Assembly: GCA_021613535.1 (NCBI GenBank)
Contig: CP075495.1
Span: 10,230,001-10,294,000, forward strand
DNA from: Adineta vaga
Taxonomy: Eukaryota > Animalia > Rotifera
Length of the DNA: 64,000 nt
Direction of reading: 5' to 3'
This document shows, piece after piece, positions 52,413-64,000 of the stretch; position 1 is the first letter of the stretch; every line of letters begins with the position of its first letter. A program made the position numbers and the translations under genes. The notes under the pieces were generated by a model that saw only the letters and a list, made by a program, of their open reading frames with translations, was not told where the DNA came from and ran no database searches.

Positions 52413-52692
52413 TCGATGTATTACTTTTTGATATAAGAAAAAAACATTTTGTTAGTTTCTTTTTCCTATGAATGTAAGGTATAGTAACATTTTCACGATG
52501 AATATATGCATATCGATTGATATCATTTCGAAATCAATAAGATTAAAAAAAACTCAATAGCTTTTTATTTTTCTTGCGCTAATTTTTCTCCTTTAGTTTG
52601 ATTATATGTAGAATTTATTAATGAACTACTAATGATTATTTATAACATTATAATTAGAAATTTTTTATCACTGAAAAAAAAGTCATTTGATT

Positions 52693-54457
52693 TCACGACT
52701 TTGGATGAATTTCAATAACGCCAATCCCATTCTGAATTTGATCATTCGGTTCAACAAGAACAATATTGGGATTTTCTGAATCAACTCTCCATTTTAAAGC
52801 ATTGTTGACAGTTATCTTATAACTAAATTGGGGATATTGTACGGATGGGATAAAAATTTCTGTTGGCTCTTGAATAGTAGTATTGATGTAGTAAGATAAA
52901 TAGAATGATCGTTGTTTTGCAAGGAATTGCATTGCTAATGGTTTTCCAGCAATAGCACGTGCATAAACACGTGACAAACGTTTAATAGTGACTTGATCGT
53001 TATAACTATTTCCCCAAAATGCCCATGATTGAATATACTGATCAGCAGCATACAGTCCCCAATCAAGTTGTTCATCACATAAGGGTGAACCTTCACAACC
53101 ACCAAATTCAGTTAAAAATGATCCACCACCTAACTGACTAAGATCCATTTGTACTGAACGAAAAAGTGCTGGTCCTTCAATTTTATCACAAACAACTCGA
53201 TCCGATATTGGGATTGTACCATTACCTGGTATAGGTATGAGTGAAAGAATAATACAATAATAATGATAAGATAGAACACTTCGATCTCGATAATCATCTC
53301 CACCAGGTACATGAGAAAATCCAGTACCAAAATATTTACCATTTAATCGAACTAGGAATTATTTGAAAATACTCTGTGTAATAGAAAGATTTTTTAAATA
53401 AATATTCTATACCTCCCCAAGTAACAGGTTCATAAAAAATCAAAGTATCATTATCAATGGATCGAATAGCTTTAGCTATTTTGTCATAAAAAGGTTGTAA
53501 GTTTAGTGCACCAGCCATACCTGGCAGAAGTAATCTTGGATTCGTGAAATAATTTCCAACCCATGGTTCATTGATTATTTCATAACTAAACATTTATAAA
53601 CAAAAAATGATCGTATATATTCTCAAATGAATTTTTTTTTTCAAATAAAAAGTTTCAATCACCCTAAGACATTTGAATATGATTTAAAAGTCGAAGCTAC
53701 TAATTGCCAAAAATTGCTCATTGAATCAACAGCACCACCCATATTATTATATAAACATTGAAATCCATGTGAACATGCTTCTGTCATATAGCTGTTATTT
53801 TAATGAATAAAAACAAAAAAAGAAAGAAATCATAGTTGTTATCGAATAAATCATTTCTACATACGACATAAACCAATTATTACCAATCGGATTTGTTTTA
53901 AAAGGCCAAGGATCTACATATTTAAAACAATGAAAAATCTTCTCTATGAAATATGTTTTCCTACATGAATGAGTCGATGATGGAAATCGATTGTATAACC
54001 ACAATGGTATGCCATCATAACCTCCAGTTCGACTTGATAAGATATCTTGATGCATATCCAACAGAACAAATATATGATTTAATTCAAGTAATTCAACAAT
54101 ATTTTTCATTATATTTAAATAGGTCATATTATACATTTGTGGTTCAGGTTCAACACCCGACCACATCATTCTAAAAATAAATTCGAATGAAAGATAACAA
54201 TACAGTCGATCATAATCCTACCCAAGACGAATAAAATTCAAACCCGATTGAGATAAATTTGTCAAATAGATTGGATCTAATAATTCTTGTGGATACCATG
54301 GAAATTGTTTCATTACAAAATTAGCACCATGATAAATTCGTGTTCGACCCGATTCATCAACTATCATCGAATCAGACACATGAAAATTTGTTGAACCATC
54401 ACAGCATGTAAGAAATAAGAAAGTCGAAATGCAATAGAAGATATCTAAATGTTTCAT
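52693..54457 (-). CDS. Glycoside hydrolase family 5 endoglycoceramidase-like, secreted
   Basis: Signal peptide, GRTRIYHGANFV, NFIRLGMMWSGVEP, LLDMHQD, acid/base GYEIINEP, SYHYY, nucleophile FLTEFG and C-terminal RVYARAIAG. Confidence 0.92.
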
Positions 54458-54588
54458 CTAAAAAAAAATAAGTGCGCAATTAAAATTTGTATTACAAATC
54501 ATAAACGAATTTCTTTGGCAATAAATTGATGATTTTTCAATCCTAACGTTTTCTTACCGTCGTTTGTATTTTTTTTTCTTTTATTCTC

Positions 54589-56253
54589 ATGAACTCATTT
54601 ACAAATGGATCTATAAAATACTTCAATACAGAAGATTCAAAATCGAATTCAACTATTCAACTTAAATTTAGTGAATCTTTTGTTCAAATGCTCTCAACAA
54701 CAAATGATAACAATAGTAATTCATATCAAACGTATGGTTCTCGAAAACGATGTCCATCTACAAAGAGTCAAATAGCAAATCATGAAGAAAGTGAAATAAC
54801 AAATAAAAAACATCGAACTCACCAATTCGTATCATTATCAGAATCATCGGATGGAATACAAAAACAGAACAGTAGGATCGTATTTCAATTAGAAGAAGCA
54901 TCATTTGAGGTATCATTTTAACGATTCATCTTGATATTTTTTATATTTTAGAAACTGTATCACAAAGATCAGTTAGTATTCAAAATGTTACAGAAAATAA
55001 TTTCGAATGGTGGAAAGATTTTATACGTCAATCTCTAGATGTAATACGTGACACTGTTGTTCACGCTTGTTTAACAGCTATATCTACGCAATCAGTGTCA
55101 GCATTAAAGTCGAATATTTCTACTCGAGATATCAATATTAATAATCATAATCATCAAACACGTCTGGTTCAAAGTGATCATCGAATAAAAATACCGTTGA
55201 TACTACGACCAACAAATGATTTGTTATTATTTCAAAATACAGTCAATGGTGAGAAAATACGAGTTCATCATCGCGCACGATCTAGTCCTTATCCGACGTA
55301 TAGAAATTTAATACGAACAGCAGTAAATGATAGTCAAGTGCCTTGGTCTTATGAATGGTTAGACTATCAACCGATAACTTTTACTGCCAATGAAGTGCAC
55401 ATCAATTCAGGTGCAGATCCAGGTAAAAATAATTCAAAATAAAAAAGGCATTTTTTCAGTATTCATATTCAGATTTATTGAAAATGTCATCTTCTATATC
55501 ACTTCATTTTAATACAATTGATGGTGCAATCGATCGTCGAAGTGTCTATCAACCTTATGGAATCGATATACAAAATGGCCTTCCATTGAATCCTATTGGT
55601 CGTACAGGTCTTCAAGGACGTGGAATTCTTCTTCGATGGGGTGCAAATGTATATCATTATATAATGATATGTCGATGGAAACGGGATGTACATGGACGAA
55701 TGCTCGTACATTCATCGAATGGAAAAAAAATTCTGGAAATCCTTTTAGAAATTCAAGCAGATAGTCATGAGACGAATGATTTGATTCTAACAGGCGGTTT
55801 ACGTATGCTCGGAAGTCGTTTTCCACCTCAACTGCAAGATCGTTTAAAACGTTTTCTCATTCATACAGGTTGAATTCAGTGATAAATTCAAATTATTTTT
55901 GAATATGTTCTCTCTTAGAGATGAGACTAAATCATCGAACAAACATTTCCTCGTCTATTTATACATTAGATCAATTATTTCAACAAAATCCAATTCCGTG
56001 GAAAGGTGCTTATTTTGATGATGCTCGTAATACAGATAATGCTTGGATAGAATTATCGATTGAATATATATTAGATGATGATTATCATCATCATTTAACA
56101 TCAGGCATACCATCACTTCATGAGGAACAACTATGTCATTTGGAACAACCACGTTTTATTTGGAAAGATGTACATAATACCATTAATATTGGACCACGAA
56201 CACATTATCGTCTAATACGAAATCTAGCTTATAAACTTGATGCAAATTTCTAA
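54589..56253 (+). CDS. NUDT9-like (ADP-ribose pyrophosphatase fold) protein with degenerate Nudix box, multi-exon
   Basis: HHRARSSPYP, VPWSYEWLDYQP, FNTIDGAIDRRS, PLNPIGRTGLQGRGILLRWGAN and YFDDARNTDNAWIE. The first-exon junction is uncertain. Confidence 0.82.
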
Positions 56254-56392
56254 AAGGTAAAAAAAAGAAAAAGTCGACTATAAGAAGTGAACGTATTATC
56301 AGTCATTGATATAAAAATAGGTTTTTGTTATTTTAAATTTTTTTTTATAAGAAACCATTACAGTTATGAAGAAAAAAGAAAAGAAATCTGTC

Positions 56393-57283
56393 TTATTTGA
56401 TATCATCGTATTTTCCACCGCGTCCTTGTTTTTGTACAATAAAATGTTTTGCACCAGAAATCGATTCACGTTCAATTAACTCTCGTCCATATTCATATTC
56501 TCGTTTGAGACTATCATCAACGGTATTTGATACAGCAAAGTGAGCCGAAAGTCGATCCGTATTCATACATTCATATGGAAATCGAAGTATGTCTTTAGCG
56601 AGTTGAATTGCTTCTGATAGACATTGACCATCAGGTACAAGACGATTAATTAATCCTACATGAAATGCTTCTTGTGCATCAACTGTTCGACCTGTTAAGA
56701 TTAAGTCAAGTGCTCGTGAAAGACCAATTAAACGTGGTAATCGTACAGTACCACCGTCAATAAGCGGAACACCAAATCGACGACATAAAACACCGTATTT
56801 TGATGATTTTTCACCTACTCGCATATCAGCGAGAAGAGATAATTCTAAACCACCAGCAACACACGGTCCAGCAATAGCAGCAATCAATGGTTTTTTTAAA
56901 CTCATTCGACTTGGTCCCATTGGTCCTGGTTCATTCTTATTATATTTCATTGGTAATGGAATGTTGGCAGCAGCAACTTCACTCAAATCATAACCAGCAC
57001 AAAATGAAGAACCACCTTCACCGTAGAGAATAGCTAAATGAGCTGTAGAATCATTTTCAAAATTTTGAAAAGCTGAAAATAATTGAAGTGCTGTTGAATG
57101 ATTGACACAATTTCGTTTCTTTGGACGATTTATTCCTATAAGACGAATTGATGGTGCATCAACAACATGACTAATTTTAATTGTTGTATCCGAACATGAA
57201 GAAAATTGTCGAAGAATTGATGTTAATGTAGAAAAACATTCCCGATGAATATATGATGAAACTAATAATCGACTATTAAACAT
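56393..57283 (-). CDS. Enoyl-CoA hydratase/isomerase (crotonase) family protein, intronless, probable mitochondrial presequence
   Basis: INRPKKRNCVN, FCAGYDL, GPMGPSRM, AGGLELSL, RRFGVPLIDGGTVRLPRLIG and LILTGR. Confidence 0.93.
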   Translation of the reverse strand: MFNSRLLVSSYIHRECFSTLTSILRQFSSCSDTTIKISHVVDAPSIRLIGINRPKKRNCVNHSTALQLFSAFQNFENDSTAHLAILYGEGGSSFCAGYDLSEVAAANIPLPMKYNKNEPGPMGPSRMSLKKPLIAAIAGPCVAGGLELSLLADMRVGEKSSKYGVLCRRFGVPLIDGGTVRLPRLIGLSRALDLILTGRTVDAQEAFHVGLINRLVPDGQCLSEAIQLAKDILRFPYECMNTDRLSAHFAVSNTVDDSLKREYEYGRELIERESISGAKHFIVQKQGRGGKYDDIK

Positions 57284-57491
57284 ATTTTCCTAAAAAAATC
57301 TTTGTATATGAATACTTTTAAATGAATGAATTAATTTTCCGTGAGATATGTTGAGAGAAAAAAAGAACAAAGAATAGTTTCGTTTATTTGTTTTCTATTT
57401 TGTGTACAAATAATATAACAACAATAATAAAGACCACAAAAGACAAATCATCAAACAAAGATACTCTGTTTGCAAATACAGATACAAGAAA

Positions 57492-60400
57492 TCACTTTTG
57501 AAATACTCTCAATGTCTGATTAAATCCACGCATTTCTTCGTCTGTTACTGTTTGAAAAAATGCTGAAACATCATGCCGTGCAGCAGCTAAAGAATCGTCA
57601 TGTGTTTCATCGACCATGTTACCAGAGTTCGATTGTAAATCATTTGGATTTTGTCGCCAATGAGGTGGATGAGATGGCATTGATGGAAAACCGCCACCAC
57701 CACCACCACGTCGATCTGTTGGCGCATTCGCCCAATGGCCATCATTGAGAGCATCATGCCGTTGTCGTTTCATCGGAGGGCCACCACCACTACCACGAGG
57801 ATCAAAATCTGGTGGTCCATTTCCTCGAGAATACTCATCATGCATTGGATGCGGTCCTCGAGGGAAATTGGTCGGCGGTGGAGGTGGTTGTGACTATTAT
57901 TATACAAAATTAATATAGATTTAAAAGCTATTTTCAATACTTACATAAAAGGATTCATCGGAATCATGAGAATCTAAGTAAGTTACAGAAATAAGACATA
58001 TAGCAGGAAATCGTAAAATTAATATTAAGAAAACAGAACATACTCATCATCCTATTGTTGTTATTACTGCTATTATCATTGGGAAATGGATCTACAGAAC
58101 GCCATGCTTTTTCAAATGGTTTTGGTACAGGTTTGGCAAAGGGTGCCTAAAAAATAGATCAATCCATAGAACTTCAGTACAAAAACATAAAACTTACACG
58201 TCGTCGACGACTTTCTTCATCTTCATTAGAATAATCAAGACCAGGTATACCAGATTCACGTCGATTACTGATTTCATCTACGTAAAAATCAAGAATATCA
58301 TATTTATTTCATCTTTTGGTTGTGGGTGACCCCATATGAGGTCACAGTGCTTTTCTGGTATTTTTGAAATATACAGATTCCTATGTAACATCAGTTTTCA
58401 TGACACCATTTATTAGAGACTTTTTTTTATATGATCTGAATTATAATTATATTATTCTATTCTGATAATCAGTAATGAATAATAGATATATCACAATGGA
58501 CTTTCAGAAAAGAAAATACTAAAACAATATATGAATGTATGCAATGTAATGTTAGTCTTTGCGTTGTACCTTATTTGGAACTATATTACACTTTCAAAGA
58601 ATACTCAACATTCATATTTATAAATGATTAGTAATGAATTAGAGCTGTAGACTTATTTACGAAAGGGTAAAAACACAAATCATTCAAATAAACCTACCTT
58701 GTTGCTGTAGTTGTTCAAGTAAATTTCCTTCAAAACCTAAACCAGGCATATTCATTTCTTCAGAACGTTCATGTTCTAATTCTTCACGATGTAATTGTTC
58801 TTGTCGTGATGCGTGTAATAGAAGACCTTCCTCACTACGTTCAAGAACGGTATCACCAGGTCGATTACGTGTCCAAAATCGTCTAATAATTCAACAAAAG
58901 ATTCAGTTCAATGAAAAAAGAAAAACATCATTATAACTACATACGTTGTATGATCATTAGAACCACTGACAAGCATATGACCAAGAGGATGCCATGACAT
59001 ATCCCAAATCATACCTTCATGAGCATCATCCATACCAGCCAATTCTTTCTCCGTTCTACGAAATAGACAAAAATTTTGTAAAATCTATCATGTTTTACGA
59101 AAGTGAAATGTATTAGTTAGAACATAATTTATTGTTATTTCTTCGAATTATTCATATCAGTTCAAACAAACAAAATTTTACATACCCAACATGCCAAAAG
59201 TAAATCGATCCATCGGAACCTCCACTTGAAAACAAACGTTCATGTATTGGATGCCATGCCAATGCTAAAACACGAATAGAAACCAAATTAGTTAACATCA
59301 TCAAACTTTTTCTTTCAAAAAAAAACAAACGAAATCAATTTTCATTTATTCTAATAAAAGACAAATAAACTAAGCTATTCATACAATAAAAAATTCAAAG
59401 TATAGATATATATATATATATATATTCATCGTTATTTAAGTCATATGAACATTTATTTCGATGAAGTGTTAGTATCTCTTCTTCTGTTTTTATTTATATT
59501 TATTTCGTTTTTAAAAAGATACAATAGTATGTAAACACATTTTATTTCAATGATCATCTTTATTTGCAAACAATAATAAACAAAAGAAAAAAGCTTACTG
59601 CATGCTTCTTTTTTGTGTCCACGAAAACATTGAACTTCTTCTTTAAGATTTCGTATATCGAATAATTTACAAAAATGATCACGTGAAGCTGATATTAACC
59701 AATTACCATTGTGACGATTCCATTTTAATGCCATACAGGTATTCTTATGTGCATGACTAAACAAATGTAAATCACGATTTTCTCTTCGATCAAAAATAGA
59801 AAACAATTTTACTTACAGTGTTGCTAATTTTTGACCACTTTTTGGATCCCATAGGATAATCGGTTGTTGAGAATCCTTACTACCCGAAACAAGTAAACCT
59901 TTATGGGGATGCCAATCAACACATTTTACATCAGATCCATGACCTATTAAATAAAAAATATTTTCTATTCGAAAGATGATTCGATGCGAAAGAGAACAAA
60001 CCTCGTAATTCACGTTCTTCAGTACCAGTCAGAAAATCAAATATACGAATATAACCATCATCGGAGCAACTAGCAAATTTGCTGTCATTTGGAGAAAATC
60101 TAGATTGAAAATGAAATAAATTAAGGAAAAATTCTTTTTAAATTCATTGAAAAGAATTTCGACTACTCATTCTTATTTTGTTGTCTAACTAAATTTTTTT
60201 GATGCAATTGACTTACGTTAGACCTCGTACTGGATCATTATGTGCTTGATAAACTTTAACGTTATTCATATTTGATTGCCAATATTTAACAAAACCATTA
60301 CGATCACCTGTTAACATCCACTGTTCGTTATTTGACCAAATCATTGCATGTACAGCTGAATCATGTGCCTTAAAATCAAACATAAAAGTTCTTAGTAAAA

Positions 60401-61182
60401 TAATTGTTCTTCATTCAATTATTTACTTGTAAAATTGTTTCGAAATTAAATGTTAATCCATTCCATAGTGTAAATTCACCACTCGATGCACCTGTTATCA
60501 AACGACGACCATCTGGTGTCCACTAAATATTTTCATAAACAAATAAAAGTAAATCAATTCATCTTTGAAATTAATAACATACACAAACACAAAAAATTGG
60601 ACATCGAACTTTATTTGTTGCTGGTCGAATAAATTTTGTCATTACACAATTCACTGGATTTGCTAGAAGACTATGTGGTGGAACAAGCTAGAAAACAAAA
60701 CAATACAAATCAATCGATTAATTGATCAACAAATTTGCTGTACATGTGGAATATAGAGAACATCAGGTTGTAGTGATCGTCCATCATTAAAATTACGTTG
60801 GCAAATAGAATTCTAAAAGATATTGTTGAATTCAATAGAAAAATAACTCATCAGTGAAATGTCTTACTTCGAGATAACGTATAATTGATGGATTATAATC
60901 GACTGTTTTACGAGCCATCGCTTTACGTAACATTTTTCCATCGAAACCAATTTCACCTATGTACGTAAAAAGAGAAATAAGTTCTATTCTGATTTGAAAA
61001 AGTATGTTCAATTGAATTACCAGGTTGAACTGGTACGATCGATGAATTCAATGTACTAGACGTTTGATTACTAGAAGTTGCATGATGATGTTGAGAGAAA
61101 TGAGGATGATGACCAGGAAAACGTGGTGGTGCCCTAAATATTCTATAAATTAGAATCAAATTTCAATATCAACAACTTACAT
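57492..61182 (-). CDS. WDR33: Pre-mRNA 3'-end processing protein WDR33, multi-exon; start codon apparently split by an intron
   Basis: [80 protein letters not shown] and FWTRNRPGD. Pro/Gly-rich tail. Confidence 0.95.
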
Positions 61183-61555
61183 TGAATTTTGTATGAAATG
61201 AAATCTAATTCATAGATTTTTCCAGTTTTTCTTGAGCAAGAAAGATGAGTAAATGTAAACCGAAGACAGAATGAATGGATATATATAAATGAAAAAGAAA
61301 AGATTAACCAATGAAGTTAAATCGACATTCGATAGAGGGTGTTATAAACACTTTTATGTTTATTGGCAAGAGGAAACATCGTAGTTTTCTATTGATTAAT
61401 CATTCTAAACCAATTGTTTTCTTCAAAAAATTATAACAAATGAATGATCTAATACATTACACCAGCTTTTTTTCTCTCATCGCTATCTTTACTCAATCAA
61501 ACGTGTCAGATATATTGCATTCATTCATTGATTTGTCGATCTTGTTTATTCACCA

Positions 61556-62461
61556 ATGAAAGACAATGTAAGATCTAAACCATTACGTATTGGAATATTA
61601 GGATTTGGTCATCTTGGACAATTCATTTATGAATATTTTGAAACGGAACGTTCAAACGCAATTTATGATTATGAAATTGTTTTCATATGGAATCGATCGA
61701 AAGATATTTTTACAAAATATGAACAACAATTGGATGAAAAATTGATTGTTACGACTATTGAAGAAGGTTTAGAACGTTCACCTGATTTAATTATTGAAGT
61801 AGCACATCCAGATATTATCGAAACATATGCAGAAAAAATACTGAATGTATCTGATTTATTTATTGGTTCACCAACAGCTCTTGCTCGTACATCAATTGAA
61901 AATGTACTAAGAAAGAAAACTAGAGATTCTGGTCATGCAGTGTATGTTGGTACTGGTGCTTTTTGGGGTGCTGAGGATATTAATAAAATGAATGAACGAG
62001 ATACACTTCGTTCATTAACAATTACAATGAAAAAACATCCTGATTCTTATAAGTTAAATGAACCATTACGTTCAAAATTAATTGAAGAACGGAATAAACT
62101 CGGTGATAAACATGGAGAAATCATTCTTTATTCTGGTCCAGTTCGTGAATTATGTCAATTAGCTCCAAATAATGTCAATACTATGGCTGTTGGTGCAACG
62201 GTTGCAAGTCATTTAGGTTTTGATGGTGTTCAAGGTTGTTTAATTGCTGATGAATCATTAGACGATCGACATATTGTTGAAATTGAATTAACTGGACCAG
62301 AAACAATGGTTGGTGAAAAGAAAAAATTAGGATTTCATCTTAAAACTGTTCGAACTAATCCTGCTGAATTAGGTGCAGTGACTGGTAAAGCTACACTTCT
62401 TTCATTTGTTAGTAGTATTAAATGTGCAAAAGGTTATACCACTGGTATTCATGTTGTTTAA
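61556..62461 (+). CDS. ASPDH: Putative L-aspartate dehydrogenase domain protein, intronless
   Basis: RIGILGFGHLG Rossmann motif, EVAHP, GSPTAL, GAFWGAEDI, MKKHPDS, GPVRELCQLAPNNVNTMA and NPAELGAVTG. Confidence 0.92.
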   Translation: MKDNVRSKPLRIGILGFGHLGQFIYEYFETERSNAIYDYEIVFIWNRSKDIFTKYEQQLDEKLIVTTIEEGLERSPDLIIEVAHPDIIETYAEKILNVSDLFIGSPTALARTSIENVLRKKTRDSGHAVYVGTGAFWGAEDINKMNERDTLRSLTITMKKHPDSYKLNEPLRSKLIEERNKLGDKHGEIILYSGPVRELCQLAPNNVNTMAVGATVASHLGFDGVQGCLIADESLDDRHIVEIELTGPETMVGEKKKLGFHLKTVRTNPAELGAVTGKATLLSFVSSIKCAKGYTTGIHVV

Positions 62462-62546
62462 CATATTTCTATTCTATTTTTTATTTATATCACGTACTTT
62501 CTTAAGTAAAAGCTATATTTTAGATAACTGAAAATAAATAGCAAAA

Positions 62547-63740
62547 ATGTCATCGAAATCATCGAGTAGTAGTACATCATCGACGAAAAGAAAAGTACAA
62601 ATCATTCAACAAACAACACCTGTATCATCTCCAATACCAGCAAAACAAATTAAAAGAGAACCAACTGTTGAAAAATTAAAGGTTCCTATCAAGCCTAATG
62701 TTTATCTAATTTCTTTCTTCGATTTTAGACTCAACGTCGACATGAACTATCAGAAGATGATATTATCCGTACACGTCTTCTCTATGAAGGTGATCAAGGT
62801 ATTGATGATCGACGTATATTAATGTTGATGAAGTCATTTAATAAACATATTTTTGAGCAAACAACAACTTCCGATGAAAATCATTCGATTAGTGAAAAAT
62901 TACTTTCTTTACTTTATTCCATTGAACATTCTCATCGTCTGTTTAAATCGACTTATGAGATGGATGAACGTGAACAACTATGTTATGCTTCAAAAAGTAA
63001 ACGTATGAATGATCAAATTATACAATTACGTCAAGAACTTGAACGAAGTGAATTACGTTTAATTGAAGCTAAACAAAAACGTTTGCATCTCCTTGAATAT
63101 GATTCACGAACAGCAATAATTAATAAATTAGGCACACGTCGAGAATTACGTGCACAACAAGCAGCCACATTAGAAAGAAAACATTATTTTGAACATTTAC
63201 AACAAACATTCGAAGCTACGTAAGAAATATATCAGTACATTATATTAGAGTAAAAACTAGAAAGAAAAAACAAAAGTTAGATCTTTTATTTTCATCTTTG
63301 AGATCAACATGAAAGACATCGAAATAAATTATATTTTATTTTGTAGTTATCAACAACGATTGAAACAGATAGCTGTATATATGCGACCAATCTTTGAATT
63401 AGAAGAAATTTTACGACAAGATGCTCATGAAGATATTTCTGCTGATGGACCAAATGAATCACCTGTTGATCAACAAGCACCACCTTTAACACCTCTTTTA
63501 CCAACTTCGAAAACTGAACGACAACGAACAAATTCTGATTCATCAACTGCTTCTATGGACGCTGATGATGCCAATTCTATATCGCGTTCAAAAAAATCAC
63601 ATAAGAATCATTTAGGTTTGAATTCTTTGTCGAGTTCATTGACAAACAATCAACCGCAAGCATTATTTTCAACAGAAACTGAACTGTTTGGTACACAACT
63701 TGTTAACCCATTGTTATTATTATCTTCGAATATTTCTTAA
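62547..63740 (+). CDS. THOC7: THO complex subunit 7, 3 exons, with low-complexity N- and C-terminal extensions
   Basis: EDDIIRTRLLYEGDQGIDDRRILMLMKSF, then a coiled coil with EAKQKRLHLLEYD...INKLGTR. Confidence 0.85.
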
Positions 63741-64000
63741 TTCTATGTGAATTTCTTTTTTTCCCTTCTTTGTTGAATAAGATTTGATGATGTTAATCTC
63801 AGATGTTTCTTTTGATTTCACAGCAAATTAGTATAATACTTTTGTTTATGTTTCTCTTTAGTTTACTTCCAAGTTTATCAACAGAAATTTGATGAGACGA
63901 GACTTTTCTTTTCACAGGAGAAATCTGAAACATTACTTCAACTTCGTTCGTGTAATTGCAGGACAGAGAAAGTTCGATGAAATAAGACTAATATAATGAT

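Noticed and set aside
54860-54960. Phase mismatch at the obvious donor (54909) of the NUDT9-like gene
   Set aside because: An alternative gtagga donor at ~54872 restores the frame, so no frameshift can be claimed.
56393-62461. Intronless enoyl-CoA hydratase and ASPDH as HGT candidates
   Set aside because: Both families occur widely in animals, and lack of introns alone is not sufficient evidence.
31518-63740. Apparent cluster of RNA-processing genes (tRNase Z, RdRP, WDR33, THOC7) as one system
   Set aside because: They are spread over 32 kb on mixed strands among unrelated housekeeping genes, with no evidence of functional linkage.
1-64000. CRISPR arrays, tRNA/rRNA genes and autonomous transposons
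   Set aside because: No repeat-spacer periodicity, cloverleaf, rRNA-like block or transposase/RT ORF was seen by eye.

Overview
This is AT-rich eukaryotic (metazoan) genomic DNA, densely packed with multi-exon genes whose GT-AG introns are mostly about 45-65 nt. The style resembles a bdelloid rotifer, which is an inference from intron size, composition and gene content. Hand-splicing gave about 21 protein-coding genes. In order they are: a small PPxY single-pass membrane protein plus a decayed copy, a p55-type MAGUK, an orphan ORF, a DUSP-fold pseudophosphatase, a TspO-like membrane protein, an NDRG-family protein, RacGAP1, SAMD15, an SLC6 transporter, an intronless TM-type tRNase Z, a PP2A B'' subunit, an STS/UBASH3-type histidine phosphatase, an RRM-containing cellular RNA-dependent RNA polymerase, citrate synthase, an orphan gene, a GH5 endoglycoceramidase, a degenerate NUDT9-like protein, an enoyl-CoA hydratase, WDR33, ASPDH and THOC7. 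The most notable signals are as follows. (1) A 29-nt micro-exon switches the frame of a dual-coding last exon in the SLC6 gene, giving two different putative PDZ-ligand tails (ESAV vs GYAV). (2) The NDRG gene has three symmetric micro-exons and two alternative first exons. (3) The PP2A B'' gene has an internal alternative N-terminus with a Cys/His cluster. (4) The RdRP has apparent frameshifts in one exon. (5) The TM-type tRNase Z is a horizontal-transfer candidate. No rRNA, tRNA, CRISPR array or intact transposon was recognised. Splice models were read by eye and need RNA-seq support.
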